Shown here: piece by piece, positions 37,341-46,966 of the stretch | Numbering within the stretch: position 1 is the stretch's first letter | Layout: every line of letters starts with the position of its first letter | Source: Bacillota bacterium | Lineage (GTDB): Bacteria > Patescibacteriota > Minisyncoccia > Phycocordibacterales > Phycocordibacteraceae | Length of the DNA stretch: 56,235 nucleotides | Assembly: GCA_050260455.1 (NCBI GenBank) | Contig: JBLNCF010000012.1 | Location: 1-56,235, forward strand | Direction: 5' to 3' | Translations under genes and position numbers: made by a program | Notes under the pieces: model-generated | The model's input: only the letters and a program-made list of their open reading frames with translations | Database searches by the model: none | What the model was told of the DNA's origin: nothing

Positions 37341-38567
37341 ATGGGAATGGAAGACCTAGCTCGTCGTGAGGTCAGCGAATCGCGCACTGAACGTGGCGAA
37401 CACGATATTCAACGTGAGCTTGCAACCGTGCGTATGCAGATGGACTCCGTGTCCGATGAAATAAAGTCCGAACATGGCATGCACACCATTTCGGCAGCCA
37501 TGGCTGCTGCTCAAGGCAAGGAGGGACCGGGTGCGTCGTCTCTATCAGCAGACAGCAGAGAATACGGTTCACTGGTGGAGAAGAAAGGATCGTTGGAAGA
37601 AGAACGAAACGAATTCTACAGAAACAATCCTGAACTGCTCGCGTCACGTCTCAAGGAGCTCTATAAGAATTCGTTACGAGAGCACCTCACTTCGGATAAA
37701 AAGCAGCTGGAAGCTTTCTTGCACGGAAGAAATGTACAAGGCGTACAGACCGCACCAAATCCGGACGATTGGTTTGTGAGGCCGAGCGGAGATTCCGAAA
37801 GCACGCGTGAATACCAGTCGCTATTAAACATACATAATGAGCTAGAGGATGCTGGTCCACATGACTCCTCAAAAGCACGTGAGTTCAGTGAATCCATATT
37901 CCGACAAGCCAATAGAGAGTTATATGAAGAATTACAGGCCAAAGACGCTCCTGCGTCTCCTCAGCCTAAACAGAGTTTCCAAGACCAGCTTTCGCCCGAA
38001 ACCGCGGAATTTGTTACGAATCGCATCGTAGAAACCGATCTTTCATATCAGGACGCTGACATACCCGAAGAACAGAAGCGGGGTATCTTGCAGGAACAGC
38101 GAGGCGCTACGAAGGGCAAGCGGTATGCAGAATCACTGGTACTCGCTTCTGAAACCGGCGGCTTAGAAGCGATACGGTCATTGGCAGATGGAATGCGAAC
38201 GACGATGCTTTCGGAAGCTGCACGCTTAGGAATTCCGGTATCTCCGTACGGAAGAAGTAAGTCGTGGGCAATGTGGGACATTGGTAAGCAGTACCATTTC
38301 TTCTCGAATCCAGATCAGAATGATCCACGATATGAAATAGGGAATCCGCTCGAATCGGAATCGAAACAAGAAGAGATGATAAATAGACACCTGGGGTGGG
38401 AAGCGTATACGGCATATCTCACGAATGAGGAATTCCGTAATCGCGTGGTTAGTGATCCGGCTTTCAAACCAGCATTAGATCTCTTCAACAAACCTCCCAA
38501 GGAACGGGGCACACTGAGTTCTTATGACCTCGCGGAACTAGGTAAGGTGCTGCGTACTGCTGGTTAG
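37341..38567 (+). CDS. Orphan acidic helical protein
   Basis: Long ORF, no TM, coiled-coil-like N-half; TATACT 6 nt before ATG 37341. Confidence 0.75.
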   Translation: MGMEDLARREVSESRTERGEHDIQRELATVRMQMDSVSDEIKSEHGMHTISAAMAAAQGKEGPGASSLSADSREYGSLVEKKGSLEEERNEFYRNNPELLASRLKELYKNSLREHLTSDKKQLEAFLHGRNVQGVQTAPNPDDWFVRPSGDSESTREYQSLLNIHNELEDAGPHDSSKAREFSESIFRQANRELYEELQAKDAPASPQPKQSFQDQLSPETAEFVTNRIVETDLSYQDADIPEEQKRGILQEQRGATKGKRYAESLVLASETGGLEAIRSLADGMRTTMLSEAARLGIPVSPYGRSKSWAMWDIGKQYHFFSNPDQNDPRYEIGNPLESESKQEEMINRHLGWEAYTAYLTNEEFRNRVVSDPAFKPALDLFNKPPKERGTLSSYDLAELGKVLRTAG

Positions 38568-38584
38568 GTATCACCTGGTACTTC

Positions 38585-40339
38585 ATGGAAGACTCAATCT
38601 TCAAAAGCCCTGTCAGGACATTCTGGTACGCTATCCGTCCCTTTCGTCTGGCGGTATTCACGCTGATGCTCCTTATCGTCATCGGCAATATCCTGACCTA
38701 TTCAACGCCGTATTTCCTCAAAGAGATCGTCGATATCGCGACCTATGGCACCACTCCCAGTTTCCAAGATTTCCTTAGACCTCTCACGTATATAGCACTC
38801 CTACTTATCGGAGCCGAAGCATGCTATCGCATAGGGCACTTGATTGAAGTGCACATTGCTCCACGAATGTTTGAACGCATTACCTCATCGCTCTTTGAGT
38901 GGCTTATTCGTCGTCCCACAGCCTATTTTGAAGAGCATCTATCGGGTGAACTTGGACGAAGAGTGGATCAGGTGGCCATGAATTTACAGTTCTTCATTGA
39001 GTATTTTCCCTGGGAGGTCGGCTGGCCCATCATGTCCGCTGTAGTTACGGCAGTTCTTCTCTATTCTGCTAACTCTCTGCTCGCGCTCTGTTTCGTGGTG
39101 TGGCTCTTAGTGTCAGTCGTTCTATCCTACGTACTCCTAAAATGGCAATATCGAACCGCGGAAGAAGTTGCTACCGCTCAGGCTCATCTAAGTGGTATGA
39201 CGGTGGATTCTCTCGCAAACGTATCCATCGTGCACACATTCGGAGCGTATCAACATGAACAGAATCTCTATGCCTCACATCTCTCGGCAGCAGTGGCGGC
39301 GGATAAGCGTGCGCGCTTTGCGTCGCTGGTGAATAAGGCACAGCAGGGAGTGAGCGTAGCGGTCTTAGGCATCGGTCTACCGTGTATCAGTGTCCTCTTA
39401 TTCTCACGTCACGCCATAACGGTCGGGGATTTTGTGCTGGTCGCGGCGACGATACCTACCGTATCAGGCGTGGTTTGGACACTGGGAGATCTATTGGTCC
39501 GAGCCATGCGTAACTATGGTGAGATGCACAGCGCACTTAAAGGCTTACGGGACACGGCGCAAGGAATCTTGGAAAAGAAGCATGGCCTTACGGTTCATGA
39601 TGCATGCGTTACATTCTCAAATGTTAGCTTCGCCTATCCGGAATCCGGCTATGCGCTCGCGCATGTCGACCTTGCGATACCTTCCGGACAAAAGGTCGGA
39701 CTGGTGGGAAGGTCAGGCGCAGGCAAGAGTACCTTCGTTAAACTACTGCTGCGGCAGTATGATCCCCTTGAAGGAACTATCCACATAGGGGACACCGATA
39801 TCTCTCGTGTCTCTCTTGAGTCGCTACGGGCGCATATCACATTTGTGCCGCAGGATACTTCCTTGTTCCAGCGCACGCTCTACGAGAACATCCTCTACGC
39901 CAAACCTAATGCTTCTTCCGAGGAAGTGCATGAAGCCGCTCGCCGAGCGCATGCCGAAGAGTTCATTCTCCAATATCCGGCGGGGTACGAGACGAAAGTA
40001 GGGGAGCGGGGCGTGAAGCTCTCGGGTGGGCAGCGACAACGCATCGCTCTTGCACGTGCGATGCTTAAGAATGCGCCGATACTCGTACTCGACGAGGCTA
40101 CGAGCGCGCTTGATAGCGAGAGCGAAGAGATTGTTCAGAAAGGATTGGCAGAATTATTCGAAGCAAAGACGGTTATCGCTATCGCACACCGCCTCTCCAC
40201 CTTAAGCGCCATGGATCGTATCATCGTGCTTGATGCCGGTCAGGTAATTGAGGACGGATCGCCGCAGGAGCTCCTGAATAAGCCCGGTTCTGTATTTAAA
40301 GAGATGTGGGAGCATCAGAAGAGCGGCTTCATTTCATAA
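38585..40339 (+). CDS. ABC exporter, fused TMD-NBD (MsbA/MdlB-like)
   Basis: Six TMs, GRSGAGKST, LSGGQRQR, LVLDEATSALD, IAHRLST. Confidence 0.96.
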   Translation: MEDSIFKSPVRTFWYAIRPFRLAVFTLMLLIVIGNILTYSTPYFLKEIVDIATYGTTPSFQDFLRPLTYIALLLIGAEACYRIGHLIEVHIAPRMFERITSSLFEWLIRRPTAYFEEHLSGELGRRVDQVAMNLQFFIEYFPWEVGWPIMSAVVTAVLLYSANSLLALCFVVWLLVSVVLSYVLLKWQYRTAEEVATAQAHLSGMTVDSLANVSIVHTFGAYQHEQNLYASHLSAAVAADKRARFASLVNKAQQGVSVAVLGIGLPCISVLLFSRHAITVGDFVLVAATIPTVSGVVWTLGDLLVRAMRNYGEMHSALKGLRDTAQGILEKKHGLTVHDACVTFSNVSFAYPESGYALAHVDLAIPSGQKVGLVGRSGAGKSTFVKLLLRQYDPLEGTIHIGDTDISRVSLESLRAHITFVPQDTSLFQRTLYENILYAKPNASSEEVHEAARRAHAEEFILQYPAGYETKVGERGVKLSGGQRQRIALARAMLKNAPILVLDEATSALDSESEEIVQKGLAELFEAKTVIAIAHRLSTLSAMDRIIVLDAGQVIEDGSPQELLNKPGSVFKEMWEHQKSGFIS

Positions 40340-40354
40340 TTCTAAATAACGAAC

Positions 40355-40684
40355 ATGACATTCGAAGAATTCCAGGCGTTCATTGATTCACAGGACGAAC
40401 TCTTCAATTCGCTCAATAAGGGTGGGGAAGGTGTGCAGCGCATCTTCGCACGCACCATTAAGATCGGCGAGGAGTATGGAGAATTGTGTGATGCTGTCCT
40501 TGCGTCCGTGGGTGACCAACGAACAGAAAAGCTTGGAGAGAGGTCTGAAATAGAAGGGGAATTCGCTGATGTGGTCATCACTACGTTTATGCTAGCGAAA
40601 GCCATGGATATAGATATGGCGTCGGCGCTTGCTGCAAAAGCAGAGAAGATAAGGGAAAAGCATAACAAGCAGCTCCTCGGCTAA
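40355..40684 (+). CDS. MazG-like nucleotide pyrophosphohydrolase
   Basis: KIGEEYGELCDAV...EGEFADVV EExxE/ExxD motif. Confidence 0.88.
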   Translation: MTFEEFQAFIDSQDELFNSLNKGGEGVQRIFARTIKIGEEYGELCDAVLASVGDQRTEKLGERSEIEGEFADVVITTFMLAKAMDIDMASALAAKAEKIREKHNKQLLG

Positions 40685-40694
40685 GGCGTCCTTC

Positions 40695-42371
40695 ATGCCT
40701 CGCTCGAACGTAATATCTGTATTGCTTGTTCGGTCCATCGTTGGGCTCGTTCTACTGTGTGCTTTAGTGAACGTGCTTTCAGCCATCACACCCGCATTAC
40801 CTGAACGTATCGAGTTTCTCCGAGATGTGTTTTCTCCTGAGTTCCGGGCCGCGAGCCGTATCGCTGCAGCGTTTTCAGGATTTGCACTTCTGCTGCTCGC
40901 ACGAGGACTTGTTCGGCGACAACGTGTAGCGTGGATACTCACTATTGTTGTGCTTCTTCTCTCGATGGCCGCACACATGATCAAAGGACTTGATATAGAA
41001 GAGGCTGCGTTAAGTAGTGTTGTGGTGGCAGTGATGCTGTATGCCCGTGGCGAGTTCTTTGCAAAATCAGATCGGCCGTCGATACAAAGTGGACTCAGTG
41101 CGCTCGGTCTCGCCCTGCTCTTCACTCTCGTATATGGAACACTAGGCTTCTTCTTTCTTGATAGACACTTCGGTCAGCATTTCAATCTAGTGGACGCATT
41201 CATTCAAACACTAAATCTATTCCTGCTCGGTCCCCAGCCGGTTGCACACACACGGTTCGCGAAATGGTTCCTGGACAGCATTTACATAATTGGATGGACC
41301 AGTCTTGGCACAGGACTTATTGCCTTTCTGCAACCGGTCATCATGCGAGGTGGTGTCAGCCAGACCGACCGTCTCCGTGCTGAACGTATTGTGCGCCAGC
41401 ACGGTCGCTCAAGTCTTGCTCGCTTCGCACTTCTGGGAGACAAGCAGTTCTATTTCCATTCATCGGGAGACTCTCTTGTTAGCTACGTGGCCGTATCGGG
41501 TATCGGGCTTGCGCTTGGTGATCCCATCGGTCCCCCTGAACGCATAGGAGAAACGGTGCAGGGTTTCGTTTCCTTCTGCGCGGGTAACGGATGGAAACCA
41601 GTTTTCTATCAAACGGCGTATGTCGAACCCTACGAATCCGCTGGACTGATGTGTCTTTCAATAGGAGAGTGTGCTCTCGTCGATGTTGCCGAGTTCACGC
41701 TCGAGGGACCGCACCATAAGGAGATACGCAATGCTTTTAGTCGTCTTACGCGCGACGGCTACCGTTTCCGGTATTATCCTGCACCCCAGCCTCCCGAACG
41801 TATCGCTCGCTTACGCAGGGTATCTGACGAATGGTTGGCGCATAAGGCAGGAAATGAAAAAAGCTTCTCATTAGGAGCCTTTGAGGAAGGCTATATACGG
41901 GAAAGTCCCGTGGTGACGCTTGAAGATTCTCATAGAAACATTGTTGCCTTTGCGAACTTAGTGCCGACAGTCGCAACAAATGAAATCGCGGTGGACCTTA
42001 TGCGACAACGAGAAATTGCTCCCACTGGAGCGATGCTCGCCGTTCTGGCAGAAGCTATACGTATTTCTAAAGAGAATGGATATCGGACATTCAATCTTGG
42101 TCTCGCACCACTTGCGGGGGTAGGGAATGAGCCTAGCGCGACTGCACTAGAGAAGGCACTTCATCTGGTCTTCGAACGGGTAACGGAACCGTATAACTTC
42201 CGCGGTCTCTATGTATTTAAAAAGAAGTTTCACCCTCGTTTCGAGACTCGATATCTAGCCTGTCCGTCGGTTCTCGATGTGATTCCTGCACTCCAGGCGG
42301 TAACGGCAGCAGATGGATCGGTAAGTCTCTGGCGGGAAGCCATTGCTGAATTGACGAGAAAAGTCCGTTAA
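40695..42371 (+). CDS. MprF/LysX-like aminoacyl-phosphatidylglycerol synthase lacking the large flippase domain
   Basis: ~6 TMs plus double GNAT domain: GDKQFYF, ALGDPIG, VSDEWL..K...EKSFSLG, VDLMR, FNLGLAPL, GL..FKKKF.P. Confidence 0.85.
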   Translation: MPRSNVISVLLVRSIVGLVLLCALVNVLSAITPALPERIEFLRDVFSPEFRAASRIAAAFSGFALLLLARGLVRRQRVAWILTIVVLLLSMAAHMIKGLDIEEAALSSVVVAVMLYARGEFFAKSDRPSIQSGLSALGLALLFTLVYGTLGFFFLDRHFGQHFNLVDAFIQTLNLFLLGPQPVAHTRFAKWFLDSIYIIGWTSLGTGLIAFLQPVIMRGGVSQTDRLRAERIVRQHGRSSLARFALLGDKQFYFHSSGDSLVSYVAVSGIGLALGDPIGPPERIGETVQGFVSFCAGNGWKPVFYQTAYVEPYESAGLMCLSIGECALVDVAEFTLEGPHHKEIRNAFSRLTRDGYRFRYYPAPQPPERIARLRRVSDEWLAHKAGNEKSFSLGAFEEGYIRESPVVTLEDSHRNIVAFANLVPTVATNEIAVDLMRQREIAPTGAMLAVLAEAIRISKENGYRTFNLGLAPLAGVGNEPSATALEKALHLVFERVTEPYNFRGLYVFKKKFHPRFETRYLACPSVLDVIPALQAVTAADGSVSLWREAIAELTRKVR

Positions 42372-42378
42372 TAAGGAA

Positions 42379-42406
42379 AAGGCGGGTCCGCAGAGCGGCC
42401 CGCCTT
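42379..42406. terminator. Hairpin between convergent genes
   Basis: aaggcggg..cgc/gcg..cccgcctt. Confidence 0.7.
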
Positions 42407-42428
42407 CCAAGTGAGAGCAAAATCAGGT

Positions 42429-44003
42429 CTATTGCCGTAAGACCATCACCAATACAGTAACGAGGCCACGAGACTCGAAGATCGGGTACGATTGCTCGAT
42501 GTGATAACCACGACTCAGGAGCGGTTGGACTCCCGCATCCTCTTTCGCCAGGTGTATGACATCGAGAATGTTCCCGGGCAACCCGTGCGTCACGCAGCCG
42601 TGTTCGAGTGGTGACGACGAATGGCTTGCGGTTCTCGTCAGGGGCTCGGGGACTGCATCATGGGTGGAATGTTGCGTAGTCGCCGGAGTCTCGGTACCAC
42701 GCTTCTTACGAGGAACGGTAACCTTGTCAGCCGTCTGGATTTTTCGCGTCCTGGCAGGCGCCCGCGGCGGTTGGATACTTTCGGAGCTGTACGCCTCCTT
42801 CAGTAATTTCCAGCGATACTTGGCCCATTCGGGATGTCTGCCCTGCACTCCAGTCGGGGTACTCAAGCCGACCTGGCCATACAGAGTCGATATGACCGCC
42901 AACACCGAGTTAACGTTGCCTCCGGCCTTACGCTGGAGTTCCTCACGGGATGGGTAGTCGTCGAACGAGACAAAGTGATCTAGGATCACTCGGAAACGCG
43001 GCGGAAGCTCATTGATGCCGGTTACCATCCGCTCGATAGAGGGCGGAGTGTAGGACTCGGGCAGTACCAATGGCCCCCACACCTTGGTCTTCGTCGATTT
43101 TGCGCGGCGAGTCCTCGGCACTGGAGCTTTCCGGTTCTTCTTCTCGACACCCGTTTCGTCCTGGACCACTGCCGGGATTTCCGGAGCGGGTGAGGGTTCG
43201 TTCGCTATCTCGGGTTGAGAGTTGGTCGTCTCCGTTGCAGGTTCCGAAGCTGGGGCCGAAGCGGCTGGTTCCGAAGGTGCCGGTAGGATCGCTTCTGCGG
43301 AAGATGGGACGGGCTGCGCAGGCTGGGAAGCCGGCGCATTCGGTACATCCTCCACGAACCCCGCGGCCTCGATCGAGAGCTTGCGCCGTTCCTCGTAGCT
43401 AAGGGCGAGGGGGAGCTTGAGTGCTTGGAAGATGTTGCTGAAACGCGTCCGGACTGCTTTGACCGTAACGTTCATAGCTTCTGCGTCGGTAAGGTGCGCA
43501 GCGAGATCCTCATCTCCCATCTGCGCGGCCAGCTTCAGGAATTTCAGCTGCTGGCTGCTCAGACGTAGACGGGACTGCGCCTCGTCTGCGGTGACTCGCG
43601 TTCCGGCGGAGGATCCGCCCGGTTGGGTGCCGTCCATGGGCTCGGTTCCTTCTAGAATTTTGATTGTTGTCTTGCTTAGCCGAAACGTCGGCACAGATTC
43701 ACGTAATGGCGTCGGTGGTGCCGGAGTCTTAGGCAACTTTGCGTATCTTTCGAGCGCTTCCGCAATGATGCGGTTGCGCTGAGGATGACGCTTAAGGCCG
43801 GGCACCCTCGAGAAGAAGGTGTCGATGTGGTAATCGACTAGGTCTGGGTGTCTACCCAGAATCTTGCCGATCTCTTTCTTGTCCTTGCCTTCGGCCAACA
43901 GCCGAGGATATTCGTGGTGATAGGGTTCCGGGTCCTGGACCAGGGCCCGAACAACATCATCCGCCAGTGTCTCGTCTGGCTGTCGCGCACTGTCCAAAGG
44001 CAT
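42429..44003 (-). CDS. Orphan with three LuxR-like HTH modules and Pro/Ala-rich linkers
   Basis: LLAEGKDKKEIGKILG..DLVDYHI; LSSQQLKFLKL..AEAMNVTVKAVRTRFSNIFQAL; LPPRFRVIL..SREELQRKAG.NVNSV...ISTLYGQV; GGGGAGG SD 5 nt before ATG. Confidence 0.7.
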   Translation of the reverse strand: MPLDSARQPDETLADDVVRALVQDPEPYHHEYPRLLAEGKDKKEIGKILGRHPDLVDYHIDTFFSRVPGLKRHPQRNRIIAEALERYAKLPKTPAPPTPLRESVPTFRLSKTTIKILEGTEPMDGTQPGGSSAGTRVTADEAQSRLRLSSQQLKFLKLAAQMGDEDLAAHLTDAEAMNVTVKAVRTRFSNIFQALKLPLALSYEERRKLSIEAAGFVEDVPNAPASQPAQPVPSSAEAILPAPSEPAASAPASEPATETTNSQPEIANEPSPAPEIPAVVQDETGVEKKNRKAPVPRTRRAKSTKTKVWGPLVLPESYTPPSIERMVTGINELPPRFRVILDHFVSFDDYPSREELQRKAGGNVNSVLAVISTLYGQVGLSTPTGVQGRHPEWAKYRWKLLKEAYSSESIQPPRAPARTRKIQTADKVTVPRKKRGTETPATTQHSTHDAVPEPLTRTASHSSSPLEHGCVTHGLPGNILDVIHLAKEDAGVQPLLSRGYHIEQSYPIFESRGLVTVLVMVLRQ

Positions 44004-44125
44004 GACGCCCTCCCCTGTATGTGAAAGACCCGAAGGTCTGTGCGGATTATGAATGCGGCGCAGGGTTCCGGCAAGGTGGCGTTTGCGGTGGCCAAACCGT
44101 TGGTTTAATATGTGTTTAACTATTT

Positions 44126-44437
44126 ATGCTTAATGCCGCCGAGGTACAGAAACTGCAACGCACGCTTACTCGAGAGGACGAACGACTCCCCATTGTCTTC
44201 AGTGCTCTCGGTGACCCACGGCGGTGCAAGATCTTCCGAAGTTTTCTTACGCGTGATCGGTTGTGCGTCAGCGACATTGCACATACCTTTAAAATTTCTA
44301 TGTCACTCGCGTCTCAACATTTAAAGATCCTGGAAATTACTAAACTCCTCGTTCGTGAGAAGGAAGGTCGCACGGTCTACTTTAGAGCGAATACAAAAGA
44401 CGACCTCGTGCGGGCGATTATCAAAGCAGTGCAATAA
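44126..44437 (+). CDS. ArsR/SmtB family transcriptional regulator
   Basis: FSALGDPRR.KI, LCVSDIA, S.ASQHLKIL, REKEGRTVYF. Confidence 0.94.
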   Translation: MLNAAEVQKLQRTLTREDERLPIVFSALGDPRRCKIFRSFLTRDRLCVSDIAHTFKISMSLASQHLKILEITKLLVREKEGRTVYFRANTKDDLVRAIIKAVQ

Positions 44438-44438
44438 T

Positions 44439-45155
44439 ATGGAGAAACTTACGTATCAGAGCAAGCGTGAAATAGCAGAGGGAACGATGGAGTTCACATT
44501 CTCTCGGCCCGAGGGATTCAACTATCAAGCAGGACAGACTATTGATCTGACCCTTATCAATCTGCCGGAAATGGACGCGGAAGGGAATATGCGTACGTTC
44601 TCGCTGGTATCGGCGCCTCACGAACCGGTGTTAAAGACCGCTACACGCATGCGGGATACTGCATTCAAGCGAACGCTCAAGCACATGGAGCCGGGAACGG
44701 AGATTGGGTACGAAGGACCATTCGGTTCGTTTCTGCTTCACGAGAACACGTCGCGGCCCGCCGTGTTCCTTGCAGGTGGTATCGGTATTACTCCGTTCCA
44801 CTCTATGATTTCGGATGCTACTCATCGAGCACTCCCGCATACGATATTCCTCTTCTACTCTAACCGCCGACCGGAAGATGCAGCATTTCTGGATGAACTC
44901 CAAGGGTTTGCCGAGAAGAATCCGAATTTCACGCTTGTTGCGACGATGACCGATATGGAGAAATCGAATCAGACCTGGGAAGGAGAGCGTGGTTACATTG
45001 ATGCGTCGATGCTTTCTCGCCATCTGTCTCCTGACGTCAACCCTGTCTACTATCTGGCAGGTCCCCAGACTATGGTTACGGCCATGCGTACGATGCTTAA
45101 CGGCATGGGGGTCAGTAACGACGACATTCGGTTTGAGGAATTCGCCGGATACTAG
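44439..45155 (+). CDS. Ferredoxin-NADP reductase-like FAD/NAD(P) oxidoreductase
   Basis: AGQ, RTFSLVS, GPFGSF, FLAGGIGITP, YYLAGP..MV, EEF; start at ATG 44439. Confidence 0.93.
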   Translation: MEKLTYQSKREIAEGTMEFTFSRPEGFNYQAGQTIDLTLINLPEMDAEGNMRTFSLVSAPHEPVLKTATRMRDTAFKRTLKHMEPGTEIGYEGPFGSFLLHENTSRPAVFLAGGIGITPFHSMISDATHRALPHTIFLFYSNRRPEDAAFLDELQGFAEKNPNFTLVATMTDMEKSNQTWEGERGYIDASMLSRHLSPDVNPVYYLAGPQTMVTAMRTMLNGMGVSNDDIRFEEFAGY

Positions 45156-45159
45156 GTGT

Positions 45160-45525
45160 ATGGACGATTTCGTTATCTACGAAAAGCCAACGTGTTCGAA
45201 GTGTCGTGCCGCTTCTGCGCTTCTGGATGCCGCTGGACGCCCGTATCGCCGCATCCGCTATCACGAAGAACGAATTCCGGCCGAGAAACTGCGAGAGCTT
45301 ATCGTGAAAAGCGGATTACCGCCCCAGGAATTCGTGCGCACCAAAGAAGACTCTTTTAAGAAGCTAAAACGCCCGGTGAGCCAACTGTCGCTCGATGATA
45401 TCGTCTCGCTGCTTGCGGCTGATCCTGATCTAATTGAGCGTCCCATTCTTGAGTGCGGAAGTCGAGTGACGCTTGGTCGTCCCACTGAACGGGCTGCCGC
45501 ATTCATTGCGGAATGCTCTCGCTAG
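45160..45525 (+). CDS. ArsC/Spx/YffB family thioredoxin-fold protein
   Basis: YEKPTCSKCRAA, PDLIERPI; start at ATG 45160. Confidence 0.88.
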   Translation: MDDFVIYEKPTCSKCRAASALLDAAGRPYRRIRYHEERIPAEKLRELIVKSGLPPQEFVRTKEDSFKKLKRPVSQLSLDDIVSLLAADPDLIERPILECGSRVTLGRPTERAAAFIAECSR

Positions 45526-45666
45526 TATCTTCAGCAAATATTCACACACAGTAGCGAAGTATGCGCTGCGTGCGTTCGGAACGTACGTAATATTCACGTA
45601 TCCCAATCGTCTTCCTTCGCATGCATCGTGCATACTAACGATGTTCTTACCAGGATAATCATTCCT

Positions 45667-46317
45667 ATGACTAAAGCACTATCAATCATGACGCTCGCGC
45701 TCCTGATAGCTGCTCCTGCGGCACATGCGGAGATGCTCGGCGTAAACGTGAATGCACAGGCCAATGTTCACGCCAACGTTCAGAATCAGGATCGCGACCG
45801 TGATATGGATGAGGCAACCACCTCGACTACTACGGAACGCGAGAATCATGCAACCAGCACGGGAGCACAGAAGCACGCCTCGACTACGGTTAACGCTACG
45901 GCAGAAGCGCACCGCAGCGAGGTTGCAAACTTCGTTCACTCACTCTTGTCGGTTGCTGACCGTGACGGTGGTATCGGTGCAGAAGTGCGCCAGGTAGCCC
46001 AGAGCCAGAACGACTCGGCTTCCACCACTGTCGAGGCAATGACTAAGCTTGAGATGCGTAGCAAGTTAGCCACCTTCCTGGTCGGTACTGACTGGAAGGC
46101 ACTCGGCACGTTGCGCAGCGAAAGCGCCAAGGCATCCGCAGACATCGATCACCTCAAAACGCTTCTTAATCAGGCTTCCAGCACCGAAGTACGCGCTGAT
46201 CTCCAGGCTGATATAGACGCACTTACCCAAGCGAAGGCAGACATTGATGCATTCATCAGTGCCCATGAAAGCTCGTTCAGCCTCTTCGGCTGGTTCACGA
46301 AGCTCTTCGCGAAGTAA
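45667..46317 (+). CDS. Secreted helical protein (DUF5667-like)
   Basis: Signal peptide ending ..AAHA, Thr-rich linker, HRS.VA.FV..LL, GIG.EVR.VA, C-terminal FSLFGWF. Confidence 0.7.
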   Translation: MTKALSIMTLALLIAAPAAHAEMLGVNVNAQANVHANVQNQDRDRDMDEATTSTTTERENHATSTGAQKHASTTVNATAEAHRSEVANFVHSLLSVADRDGGIGAEVRQVAQSQNDSASTTVEAMTKLEMRSKLATFLVGTDWKALGTLRSESAKASADIDHLKTLLNQASSTEVRADLQADIDALTQAKADIDAFISAHESSFSLFGWFTKLFAK

Positions 46318-46330
46318 TCGGAACATTCGA

Positions 46331-46365
46331 TAAGAAAACGGCCGGGTTTCCCGGCCGTTTTCTTA
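46331..46365. terminator. Bidirectional terminator
   Basis: taagaaaacggccggg/cccggccgttttctta 16-bp stem. Confidence 0.88.
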
Positions 46366-46851
46366 TGTGGTCTGTCGATGACGGGTCACGATACGCCACT
46401 CGCGGTAGATGAAATACATGACCACGATATCGAACAGCGTGATGCCGGTGACGATGAGTGAATGCAGAGTTGCTATCTGATACATCTGGTAGATAAGAAA
46501 GAGACCCAGTACGACCAGCGAGGCTGGATATGCCCAGAGTCGGTTCTTGAGAAGTGACCAGATGAGAAACACTTTTATGAGTCCACGCGAAAGGAGATAG
46601 AGAGCGACGAAGAGTACGGCGCCAGAGGTGTATGTGGCGACCTCCTGCATGAGTGCGTTCTGCAGATGGGAAAGGGGGAGATAGTTCAAGACGAAGAGCG
46701 CTGCTTGAACAATGGTGGTGGGGGGAATAAAGAGCACGACAATGCCCCCAATCACTTCCGCCAGTGATATTGCGCCCTTCACGAGCACGCTCCAGAGGAA
46801 GAATTCGTACACCACATGTTCTTCCTGTGTGCTCGGTAGTGGTTCAGTCAT
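46363..46851 (-). CDS. DUF2127 family membrane protein
   Basis: VLVKG.ISLAEVIGG, YLLSRGLIK..L..LLKNRLWAYP, T.FD...YF..REWR. Confidence 0.88.
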   Translation of the reverse strand: MTEPLPSTQEEHVVYEFFLWSVLVKGAISLAEVIGGIVVLFIPPTTIVQAALFVLNYLPLSHLQNALMQEVATYTSGAVLFVALYLLSRGLIKVFLIWSLLKNRLWAYPASLVVLGLFLIYQMYQIATLHSLIVTGITLFDIVVMYFIYREWRIVTRHRQTT

Positions 46852-46966
46852 GCCTCGTACAGTACCACGCCATGGACGCGTTTAATTTCGGGTTCACTCC
46901 CGCTTACGTATAGTGCCTATCCCGGTCGATCGATTTATACGTCAATTCTGACGCAGACAAAAACAT

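Noticed and set aside
44104-44135. ArsR operator in the A/T-rich stretch before arsR
   Set aside because: No convincing 12-2-12 inverted repeat could be read by eye
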